Part shown: piece by piece, positions 21,514-29,420 of the stretch | How positions within the stretch are numbered: position 1 is the first letter of the stretch | Layout of the letters: the number at the start of each line of letters is the position of its first letter | Source: an uncultured Candidatus Saccharibacteria bacterium | Lineage (GTDB): Bacteria > Patescibacteriota > Saccharimonadia > Saccharimonadales > CAYZZS01 | Assembly (NCBI GenBank): GCA_964483035.1 | Contig: CAYZZS010000005.1 | Location: 1 to 57,501, forward strand | DNA: 57,501 nucleotides | Direction: 5' to 3' | The notes under the pieces: model-generated | What the model was told of the DNA's origin: nothing | Databases searched by the model: none | What the model saw: only the letters and a program-made list of their open reading frames with translations | Made by a program: the position numbers and the translations under genes

Positions 21514-21549
21514 CCCCCTGTATCAACTAAAACAAAAAAAGGAGAAGAG

Positions 21550-22698
21550 ATGATACAAGCAAAGAGTCTTTTGCGGCGTACCTCGTACGTTGGTGCCGCC
21601 GCGTCTCTGCTGCTTGCGGTTGCTGCTTATGCGGTACCGACAAGCAAAGCATCCGCAGCTATGATCACCGATCGTAGTTTGCAAATATCAAATTCAGCAG
21701 CAAGTGCAGAGGTAACGCATACTTACCGGTTTAAGGCTGCTACCGCACATACAATAGAGTCAATAACGCTTGAGTTTTGTACTACGGCATTTGGCTATGT
21801 TGGCGTTGGTGCTTGTGCAGAGGCACCTGCTGGCTTTGATGTGTCAAACGTGACGTCAATGACTGTTACGAACACAACCCTCCCGGTCGATCCTGCAAAC
21901 AACGAGGTTCTGGAAGCCACTGATGTGGCTGCCAACTATCTGGAGCTCAGAATAGCTGCAGATACTGGCGTGGGTGTGCCTGTGAATATTGGTGATGAAA
22001 TTGAAATCACCACCACCGGCGGGCACTTTGTAAATCCTAGTGCTAACGGTACGTTCTTCGCACATATCGTTACCTATTCTGACGATAATGTGACGACTGC
22101 AGTCGACAACGGCACCGTCACCTCCTCAGTCGCCAACCAGATCAACCTGGAAACCCGCGTTGAGGAAACGCTGAACTTCTCGGTCGGTACGGCGAACGAC
22201 GATGACACTGGTTGTGCCCCGCTGACCACCAACAATCTGCTGGAGCTGGGTGACCCAATCAACCACGCTCTGAGCACCACTCAGACCTACGATGAGCTGT
22301 CGTACTTCCGGATTGCCACCAACGCCTCTAACGGCGCGCAGGTGCTGTACTCCGGTGATACGCTGAACAGCATCACCAACGCTGGTGACGACATCAACCC
22401 GGTCAATCCGAAGGATACTATCCAGGTAGGTGTTGAGCAGTTCGGTATAGTGATCGACGAAAGCGAGATAGACCTCACAGGTGCAGCTCTTGACCCAGCT
22501 GCCAACTACGCTGACGGTGGCACCAATCAGATCCACTTCGATGACGGCAGTGTCACAACTCCGGTTCCGGTTGCCGCTTCGACAGGGGCTATCGACTGTG
22601 AGACCGCTGCGGTCCGCTACGTTGCCAACATCAGCAACAGTACCCCAGCTGGTATTTACACCACGACCATCAGCTACATCGCGGTTCCGTCTTACTAA
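21550..22698 (+). CDS. secreted two-domain surface/fibre subunit (PAGxY-tail family, paralog C)
   Basis: Start moved to ATG 21550 (MIQAKSLL.., AGGAG SD; parallels MIHIRSLV of B). Diverged N-domain. C-terminal 195 aa identical to B. Confidence 0.8.
   Translation: MIQAKSLLRRTSYVGAAASLLLAVAAYAVPTSKASAAMITDRSLQISNSAASAEVTHTYRFKAATAHTIESITLEFCTTAFGYVGVGACAEAPAGFDVSNVTSMTVTNTTLPVDPANNEVLEATDVAANYLELRIAADTGVGVPVNIGDEIEITTTGGHFVNPSANGTFFAHIVTYSDDNVTTAVDNGTVTSSVANQINLETRVEETLNFSVGTANDDDTGCAPLTTNNLLELGDPINHALSTTQTYDELSYFRIATNASNGAQVLYSGDTLNSITNAGDDINPVNPKDTIQVGVEQFGIVIDESEIDLTGAALDPAANYADGGTNQIHFDDGSVTTPVPVAASTGAIDCETAAVRYVANISNSTPAGIYTTTISYIAVPSY
22112..22697 (+). repeat. 586-bp perfect direct repeat, copy 2 (3' half of paralog C)
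   Basis: See copy 1. The copies diverge immediately outside the block (stop codon TAG versus TAA). Confidence 0.9.
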
Positions 22699-22720
22699 TA
22701 GCGCATAAGCTTAGTACAAT
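22692..22720 (+). promoter_or_regulatory. putative leaderless-type promoter of paralog D (TTACTA-17-TACAAT)
   Basis: TACAAT at 22715-22720, 6 nt before ATG 22727. No SD. Confidence 0.45.
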
Positions 22721-22726
22721 AGTGGC

Positions 22727-23797
22727 ATGAATAGCAAAGACAAAAAAACGTCTCATGCCAAGCGAATGACCGCAATCTTGCTCAGCGCTCTGCTTGTCTC
22801 CGTAGTTTTACGGGTGACACAGCAGAGCGCTGCTGCTGTTAGGTTTGATAACCGTAGTTTATACATCAATTCCTCTCTGCCGGGAGTAACGACTTTTTAT
22901 CGCATAACATTCACTTATCCGACGGTTAATAATATCGGCTCTTTACGATTCTTAGTGTGCAAGGAGGCGATTCCGCAGCTGCCGTGTGAGGTGCCGGAAG
23001 GTTTCGACTGGTCAAACGCCGCACTCACTGATCAATCGGGCGAGACCGGCTTTAGTATCCATACGCTGACTCAGAATGAGCTGATACTTACCCGCTTGCC
23101 TGATCCGACATCGCTGGTGGAGTCAAGCTATCGGCTGGATAATGTAGTGAACCCTTCTGGTGATCCGGCGGAGTTTTTTATTAGAATGACTTCTCACGCA
23201 TCTACGGACGGCACAGGTCCGTTAGTAGACTTTGGTTCCATTGCTGCAACGACGACCATGGCGCTCGGCTTTGCTACCCAGGTGCCGCCTAAATTAACTT
23301 TTTGTATAGCAGCGAGTATCCCGAATGAGGACTGCTCTGTACTAGAGGGTGGAAATGTCGCTGATATAGGCGTGCTGAGTCCTGATTATACAAGTTATGC
23401 AACTTCAGAGATGCTGCTCTACACCAATGCGTCAAATGGGCTGGCGCTGGTGATGGCAGGGCATAAGATGACCTCAGGAATCCAAGTGTTGGAGGATGAG
23501 GGCTTGCCCGCCGCTCCATCTACGCCGGGCGTACCGCAATTCCGTATAAATCTGACAGCTAACACCGTGCCGCCAGCCGGTGCCGATCCGGTAGGGAGCG
23601 GTACAAACTTGGTGCTGAATAATGATTACACGCAACCGGATATTTTTCTGTTCAACAGCGGTGATGTACTGGCGACGAGTGACGATGTAACCATGGCTCG
23701 GAAGCTAACGACAACGTACATAGTCAATGTGCCGGATGATCAGCCAGCCGGTGTGTATAGCACAACGGTTAGTTATATTTGCACTGCTGCATTCTGA
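22727..23797 (+). CDS. secreted two-domain surface/fibre subunit (PAGxY-tail family, paralog D)
   Basis: Signal peptide. VRFDNRSLYINSS strand, Cys pair, LTFCIAAS, TNASNG, VPQFRINLTAN. C-terminal DDQPAGVYSTTVSYICTAAF-stop. Confidence 0.8.
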   Translation: MNSKDKKTSHAKRMTAILLSALLVSVVLRVTQQSAAAVRFDNRSLYINSSLPGVTTFYRITFTYPTVNNIGSLRFLVCKEAIPQLPCEVPEGFDWSNAALTDQSGETGFSIHTLTQNELILTRLPDPTSLVESSYRLDNVVNPSGDPAEFFIRMTSHASTDGTGPLVDFGSIAATTTMALGFATQVPPKLTFCIAASIPNEDCSVLEGGNVADIGVLSPDYTSYATSEMLLYTNASNGLALVMAGHKMTSGIQVLEDEGLPAAPSTPGVPQFRINLTANTVPPAGADPVGSGTNLVLNNDYTQPDIFLFNSGDVLATSDDVTMARKLTTTYIVNVPDDQPAGVYSTTVSYICTAAF

Positions 23798-23846
23798 TGC
23801 TACAATACCGCTAATACTTAAAACAAATGAGGAAGAGAAGTATTCG

Positions 23847-24896
23847 ATGAAGAAATTACTGTCTTTTGCTGCCATCATGGTGTTGTCGGCGGCTATGGTT
23901 TTTAGTGCGAACCTGCAGAATAGCAATGCACAAAGTGCAGCGCTTACTATTTCTCCCCGCCGGGATTTGCAGCTAAAGCCCGGCGAATCAGTAACCGATC
24001 AGCTTTATATTCAAAACCCGCTGAATGATCAGGAAATTACCCTTAGTCTTGAGCTAGTGGACTTCGGTGCGAAGGATGAAACCGGAACACCGGCACTGAG
24101 GCTTGGTGAGAATGAGCCGCAAACGGCGTGGTCCGCAAAGCCTTTCCTAGACCTACCGGAGCGAGTGACTCTTGGCCCTAGTGAAACACTGTACGTAGAC
24201 TATACCGCCAGTATACCCGAGGGCCACGGTGCCGGAAGCTATTACAGCGCCGTCCGATATACGGTAGAAACGACTGTTGGCGGCGGCAACCTGACGCTCT
24301 CGACTTCCGGTGCAACGCTCATCTTTATAACCGTTCCTGGCCGCGCTAATGAAATACTAAATCTGAAGAACTTCGGGGCATATGAGATTTCACCAGGAGA
24401 AGCTGCTGGTAAGTTCAAGACCATATTCGTCGGCTCCAAGCCGAAAGAGTTAGCATATTTGCTCGAGAATAAAGGTGATGTCGCGGCGCAACCAGTGGGC
24501 GGAGTGCTGATAAAGAATATGTTTGGTAAGGTTGTGCAGACCGTAGATAACGCTAACCCCAAGAAGCAACTTGCACTTATCGGTCAAACCCGTCGGTTCC
24601 AGGCGTGCATCATTGAAAGTGGTGCTGAAGAACAAAGCTCAAATGACGCGATAGTATGTGAAGAACCAAGCCTGTGGCCCGGCCGCTATACTGCACAGCT
24701 GGCTGCATTTTACGGAATCAACGGCAACAGCACGCAAGAGATTGCAGCAACAGCTACCTTCTGGTACTTACCGGTCTGGTTCCTTATAGCGGTAGCAGTA
24801 CTGCTGGCGGCAATTGCGCTGGTAATCTACCTGCTGATCCACCGCATCAGAAGCGGCGGCGGCAAACGCCAGTCCTTCCGCAAAGCCAGCGATTAA
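23847..24896 (+). CDS. membrane-anchored Ig-like protein (CscA/DUF916-like or pilus-chaperone-like), copy 1
   Basis: Start at ATG 23847 (MKKLLSFAAIMVLSAAMVFS signal peptide). LTISPRRDLQLKPGESVTDQLYIQN, GSYYSAVRY, TLIFITVPG. C-terminal TM helix plus basic tail (RIRSGGGKRQSFRK). Confidence 0.7.
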   Translation: MKKLLSFAAIMVLSAAMVFSANLQNSNAQSAALTISPRRDLQLKPGESVTDQLYIQNPLNDQEITLSLELVDFGAKDETGTPALRLGENEPQTAWSAKPFLDLPERVTLGPSETLYVDYTASIPEGHGAGSYYSAVRYTVETTVGGGNLTLSTSGATLIFITVPGRANEILNLKNFGAYEISPGEAAGKFKTIFVGSKPKELAYLLENKGDVAAQPVGGVLIKNMFGKVVQTVDNANPKKQLALIGQTRRFQACIIESGAEEQSSNDAIVCEEPSLWPGRYTAQLAAFYGINGNSTQEIAATATFWYLPVWFLIAVAVLLAAIALVIYLLIHRIRSGGGKRQSFRKASD

Positions 24897-24915
24897 TTGA
24901 AAGTTCAGACTATAG

Positions 24916-24945
24916 AAACCGCCTCCATCTTGGGGCGGTTTTCTT
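24916..24945 (+). terminator. rho-independent terminator
   Basis: AAACCGCC / GGCGGTTT stem followed by a T-rich tail, 20 nt after the stop at 24896. Confidence 0.7.
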
Positions 24946-24987
24946 ACGCTTTACTAACACCCTTAGCATAAGTAGAATAATGGTAAT

Positions 24988-25929
24988 ATGTGGCGCAAAA
25001 ATAAAAGCAGGTCGTGGTTCATGAGATTGCCCTATTTATTGGCGGCGGTATCGATCGTAACCAGCCTGCTGGTACTGGCGACTTCCGTGCATGCGCAGAT
25101 TACGCCGTTGACCATCCCAAACCCGCAGGATAACTCTTTTGGTATAGAGGGCGTCATACCGGCGCCGCCGCCGGATCAAGGTGCAACAATCGTCACACCC
25201 GGTAATGGCGCTAACTTTAACGATCAGCCGGTGGCGACTGTCAGCGGTCTTTGCCCGACTGATCTGTTAGTCAAGGTGCTGGTAAACAATGCCTTTATGG
25301 GCTCTACCATGTGTCAGGAAGGGAGTTTCTCGCTCCAGGTGTCGCTGTTCTTTGGCCAGAACGATATCGTTGCCTATGTCTATGACAACCTGGATCAGGA
25401 AGGCCCGCCGTCCAATACGGTGAGCGTGTTCTTCAATAACGCCAACTTCCAGGCCTTTGGCACGCTCATTACCCTTACCAGTAGCTTCCATCGGCGTGCA
25501 GCTAATCCGAATACGACGCTAACCTGGCCCTTGCAGCTGACCGGCGGGACCGGGCCGTATGCCTTCAGTATAGATTGGGGTGACGGCAGCGAGCCGCAAC
25601 TGGTGAGCCAGCCGATTGCCGGCGATGTAAATATCAATCACGTATACAAGAATGCCGGCATCTATTATGTGGTGGTAAAGGTGACGGACGTAAACGGCGT
25701 CAGTGCCTTCCTGCAGCTGGTGGCGATTGCCAACGGTTCGCCCACCGGCGGCATAACAGTGCCGGAAGACAGTATTCATATTCGGACCAATACGGTTACA
25801 AAGGTGATATGGCAGCCAGCCGCGGCGATATTGATACTGGCATTTCCGGCCTTCTGGCTGGGGCGACGGTATGAGATTGCGGTCCTGCGCAAGCAAATCG
25901 AAAGCGACGCCCAAAGATATCGCAACTAA
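24988..25929 (+). CDS. membrane-anchored PKD-domain surface protein
   Basis: Signal peptide (start 24988 or 25021). PKD signature WGDGSEPQ..HVYKNAGIYYVVVKVTDVNG. C-terminal TM helix plus charged tail. Confidence 0.75.
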   Translation: MWRKNKSRSWFMRLPYLLAAVSIVTSLLVLATSVHAQITPLTIPNPQDNSFGIEGVIPAPPPDQGATIVTPGNGANFNDQPVATVSGLCPTDLLVKVLVNNAFMGSTMCQEGSFSLQVSLFFGQNDIVAYVYDNLDQEGPPSNTVSVFFNNANFQAFGTLITLTSSFHRRAANPNTTLTWPLQLTGGTGPYAFSIDWGDGSEPQLVSQPIAGDVNINHVYKNAGIYYVVVKVTDVNGVSAFLQLVAIANGSPTGGITVPEDSIHIRTNTVTKVIWQPAAAILILAFPAFWLGRRYEIAVLRKQIESDAQRYRN

Positions 25930-26052
25930 CTGCTCTCTAGTCTGGTTGTGGAAAACTTGTCAAGACTTTTTTGAAATATTCTTGCCATTGTAAGCGAAAG
26001 CATGGTACAAATAGTACTGTTAATACTAATAACAAAAAGGGAAACATAAAAA

Positions 26053-27183
26053 ATGAACATACATTCATTGCGTTTCGATTTGAAGCGGCCGGTGTATGGT
26101 GCTATGGCAGTCATCATGGGTGTTGCTGCAATGGTACCCGTACTCTCGCAAACGGCTGCTGCAGAACAAATAATCGATAGAAGTATAAAAATGAGCAACG
26201 CTACGGCGTCTGCTACGGGCGTGAGCTACGAAGTGAGCTTCACGAATGTGACAGCAGGTGCGGATAGCTTAGTGGTTGAGTTCTGTGCAGAAAGCCCGAT
26301 TGCTGGTGATGACTGTGCGACACCTACCGGATTTACTGCCGTGGGAGGTAATGTTACGGCTGGTACCGGTACTACGAACTGGACAGGCACTGTAGTGGAC
26401 GCCAATACTGTTGCATACAATAAAGGCACAGGTGATGAGTTGGGGGCATCAGCACAGGTAGACTTCATTATCACTGGTGTTAGCAACCCAACGAGCGCAG
26501 GTACATTCTATGCCCGACTGTATACCTACGAGGGTACACATAGTGCTGAAGGGAACTATACAAACGCTAATACCATTGGTGCAGCTCTTGATACTGGTGG
26601 ATTTGCCCTTAGTGCGGTCACGCAGCTTTCTGTAGACGCCCGTGTCCAGGAAACCTTGACCTTCTGTGTATCCAAGTCAGCTCCAGGCTCAAACTGCTCT
26701 GGTGTTGATGCACCTGCCGTAGAGCTAGGTACTGGTGATCCAAAAGTCCTTGACTCTCAGGCTATCTACACTGACACAGCACATACGCAAGTTTCATCCA
26801 ATGCTAACGGCGGCGTCTCCATCCGACTGAAGAGCACGACTGCAAATGGCGCGCTGATGAGTGGCTCTAACGCAATTCCGGCAATCGGCGCTGCAGGACT
26901 AATGAGTGCTGGTACGGCGAGCTTTGGTATCAAGGTCGCTGACGGCACAGGCGATGATGCGACGGCTGTTGATGCAGCGAACGGCTATGATATCGATACT
27001 CCTGACAACTATAAGCTTGATGGTGCTGGTGTAACGAGCACTTTTGGCGACGAGATTGCAGCTTCGACAGGTCCGGTCAATAATGTAAACAACCAGATTA
27101 CATTTGCTGCGACGGCATCCAACACCACGCCTGCAGGTCTGTACTCAACCCGCATGATCTTGATCGCTACCGGAACATACTAA
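26053..27183 (+). CDS. secreted two-domain surface/fibre subunit (PAGxY-tail family, paralog E)
   Basis: Signal peptide. QIIDRSIKMSNA strand, Cys pair (FCAESPIAGDDC), LTFCVSKS, SSNANGG, ASFGIKV. C-terminal NTTPAGLYSTRMILIATGTY-stop. Confidence 0.8.
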   Translation: MNIHSLRFDLKRPVYGAMAVIMGVAAMVPVLSQTAAAEQIIDRSIKMSNATASATGVSYEVSFTNVTAGADSLVVEFCAESPIAGDDCATPTGFTAVGGNVTAGTGTTNWTGTVVDANTVAYNKGTGDELGASAQVDFIITGVSNPTSAGTFYARLYTYEGTHSAEGNYTNANTIGAALDTGGFALSAVTQLSVDARVQETLTFCVSKSAPGSNCSGVDAPAVELGTGDPKVLDSQAIYTDTAHTQVSSNANGGVSIRLKSTTANGALMSGSNAIPAIGAAGLMSAGTASFGIKVADGTGDDATAVDAANGYDIDTPDNYKLDGAGVTSTFGDEIAASTGPVNNVNNQITFAATASNTTPAGLYSTRMILIATGTY

Positions 27184-27207
27184 TCCGATAGTTGTATCAA
27201 ATCATCA

Positions 27208-27241
27208 AACACTCCCCGTATACCGGGGAGTGTTGTTATTT
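27208..27241 (+). terminator. rho-independent terminator
   Basis: 10-bp stem AACACTCCCC / GGGGAGTGTT followed by GTTATTTGT. Confidence 0.75.
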
Positions 27242-27314
27242 GTGCGCTTTGTGCGCTATAAAGCTTCTGTTATTATTATCCTGAAGTGACTAATAAATGT
27301 ATTTGGGGGACCAG

Positions 27315-28304
27315 GTGATCAGACAGAGTGTTAAGCGGCTGTTTGCCGTTATTGCGTTAACCGGGCTTATTGTTAGTTCAAGCAGCCCGATTGTGGCTAC
27401 CGCGCAAGAAGGCGGCATGGGCAACGGTATGCGGATATCTCCGGTGCGCACCAACCTATCGATAGAAGCGGGCGCCTCGCAGCAGACCACGGTGTATGTG
27501 CAGAACATGACCCAGGATGTAGCAGTGCTTAGGGCAATCATCAATGACTTTACGGCGCTGGGCGAGGACGGCAAGCCGGGCATCATGCTGGAGGAGGACG
27601 AATACGCGCCAAACCGCAGCCTGAAGCGCTATATCGAACCGATCGGCGACATTACCGTGCAGCCGGGTGAGCGGCTGGAGGTACCGGTGACGATTACTAT
27701 CCCTGAGACCGCGCAGCCCGGTGGTTACTACGGTGCAGTGCGGTTTGCTCCCGCAGAGCTAGACGGCGGCAACTCGAACGTGACCGTGGCTACCAGCCTT
27801 GCATCCCTGCTGCTGGTGGAAGTGCCGGGTGATATGCGGCAGGACTTGCAGGTGGAAACCTTTGAGGTTAGGCAGAATGATGAAGTAAAGAAGTATTTCC
27901 GCGACGGCGACGGCATTAATCTGATCGTGCGCTTCAAGAACAACGGCGACGTGCACGAAGAACCGTTCGGCAAGGTAGTCCTGAAGAAAAACGGCTCAGT
28001 CGTAGGTGAATACGAAGTGAATGACGGTGAGCCGCGCGGCAACGTCCTGCCGGAGAGTGTCAGGCGCTTTGATATCGGTCTGGATAAGGTTAGCGGACTA
28101 GGTAAGTATACGGTAGAGGGCAACCTTGGCTACGGCGACGGTCAGCTGATCAACGTGAGCCAGGAATTCTATGTCATTCCGCAGTGGGTGATAGTGGCTG
28201 GCATTGGCGGAATTGTCGGTCTGATCCTGCTGGTTGCAGCTATCGTCTTTGGTATCAAGGCCAATAACCGCCGGGTGCTCCGCCGGGCAGGTTATCGGGC
28301 GTAG
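27315..28304 (+). CDS. membrane-anchored Ig-like protein (CscA/DUF916-like or pilus-chaperone-like), copy 2
   Basis: GTG 27315 has a GGGGGA SD (ATG 27297 is an alternative). Signal peptide. MRISPVRTNLSIEAGASQQTTVYVQN, GGYYGAVRF, SLLLVEVPGD. C-terminal TM helix plus basic tail (KANNRRVLRRAGYRA). Confidence 0.7.
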   Translation: MIRQSVKRLFAVIALTGLIVSSSSPIVATAQEGGMGNGMRISPVRTNLSIEAGASQQTTVYVQNMTQDVAVLRAIINDFTALGEDGKPGIMLEEDEYAPNRSLKRYIEPIGDITVQPGERLEVPVTITIPETAQPGGYYGAVRFAPAELDGGNSNVTVATSLASLLLVEVPGDMRQDLQVETFEVRQNDEVKKYFRDGDGINLIVRFKNNGDVHEEPFGKVVLKKNGSVVGEYEVNDGEPRGNVLPESVRRFDIGLDKVSGLGKYTVEGNLGYGDGQLINVSQEFYVIPQWVIVAGIGGIVGLILLVAAIVFGIKANNRRVLRRAGYRA

Positions 28305-28376
28305 TAAACAGCGCCGAGGTTATAGCGCCTTAGGACGGTTTACCGTTAGCGTAAAATTTGCTAACATAGCCAGGTT

Positions 28377-29420
28377 ATGGCAAAAAAAGTTTACGTCGGC
28401 TTAAGCGGCGGAGTGGATAGCTCTGTCGCTGCGGCCCTGCTGCTGGAGCAGGGCTTTGACGTCACGGGCGTGTACATGAAGAACTGGAGCCAGGATTTGC
28501 CCGGCTTTGCCTGCCCGTGGAAAGAAGATTATCAGGATGCCAAGCGGGTCGCGGTGCAGCTCGGCATCCCCTTCAAGCTGTACGATTTTGAGACCGAATA
28601 CCGGCAGAAGGTAGTGGATTACATGATAGACGGCTACAAAGCCGGCCGGACCCCGAACCCGGATATCATGTGCAATCAGGAGGTGAAGTTTAAGCTGTTT
28701 TTGGAGGCGGCGTTGGAGGATGGCGCGGATATGATTGCCACCGGCCACTATGCCAGAGTGCATGATGGACAGCTGCTGACCGGGATTGATAATAATAAAG
28801 ACCAGAGCTATTTCCTGTACCGGGTGAATGAGGAGGCGCTGAAGCGGAGCCTGATGCCAATCGGTGAATTTGAGAAACCACAAGTGCGCGAGCTGGCTAA
28901 AAAGTATGGCCTGGTGACGGCAGAGAAAAAGGACAGCCAGGGTATTTGCTTTGTCGGCAAGGTCGGTATAAAGGAGTTTCTGCTGCATGAGCTTGGACCG
29001 CAGGAGCACGGCGCTATTATTGATCAGGGCGGCCGCACTATCGGCGAACACGACGGCGCGATCTTCTACACTATCGGGCAACGGCACGGTCTGAATGTCG
29101 GCGGCGGGCTGCCGTACTACGTGGTCGGCAAGGACATGGATAAGAACGAGGTGTACGTGACAACCAACCTCGATGACGACCGGCTATGGCATAAGGAACT
29201 GAAGCTTAACGATGTGCACTGGATAAACGCGGCCCCAAAGACAGGCGCAGCGTGCCAAATCCGCACCAGATATCGCGCCCCGCTGGTGCCTGGTACGCTA
29301 GATATAGCGGGTAATACGCTACATATAGCGTTGTCTGAGGAAATACGCGCCGTAACACCGGGACAATCCGCAGTCATCTATGACGGCGAGCGGGTCCTAG
29401 GCGGCGGTATTATTGTTTAA
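28377..29420 (+). CDS. mnmA: tRNA 2-thiouridine(34) synthase
   Basis: PP-loop GLSGGVDSS, catalytic Cys motifs (NPDIMCN, GICFVG). Full-length MnmA layout. Confidence 0.93.
   Translation: MAKKVYVGLSGGVDSSVAAALLLEQGFDVTGVYMKNWSQDLPGFACPWKEDYQDAKRVAVQLGIPFKLYDFETEYRQKVVDYMIDGYKAGRTPNPDIMCNQEVKFKLFLEAALEDGADMIATGHYARVHDGQLLTGIDNNKDQSYFLYRVNEEALKRSLMPIGEFEKPQVRELAKKYGLVTAEKKDSQGICFVGKVGIKEFLLHELGPQEHGAIIDQGGRTIGEHDGAIFYTIGQRHGLNVGGGLPYYVVGKDMDKNEVYVTTNLDDDRLWHKELKLNDVHWINAAPKTGAACQIRTRYRAPLVPGTLDIAGNTLHIALSEEIRAVTPGQSAVIYDGERVLGGGIIV

Noticed and set aside
21484-21549. Upstream extension of paralog C (MYNNKRLCYTPPVSTKTKKGEE...).
   Set aside because: This segment aligns with the non-coding promoter and leader of paralog B. 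ATG 21550 has an SD and yields a normal signal peptide.
20800-22697. Whether the 586-bp repeats are an IS element, CRISPR-like repeats or another mobile element.
   Set aside because: The repeats are the in-frame 3' halves of two paralogous genes. There are no terminal inverted repeats, no transposase and no spacer structure.
28401-29087. 228-aa antisense ORF inside mnmA. Similar long antisense ORFs occur at 17109-17699, 20814-21449, 22126-22536, 34723-35508, 45586-46215, 51672-52328 and 53763-54218.
   Set aside because: They lie entirely within sense-strand genes that have strong family motifs or operon coupling. Their products are low-complexity (rich in Ser, Pro, Arg and Leu), typical of shadow ORFs.
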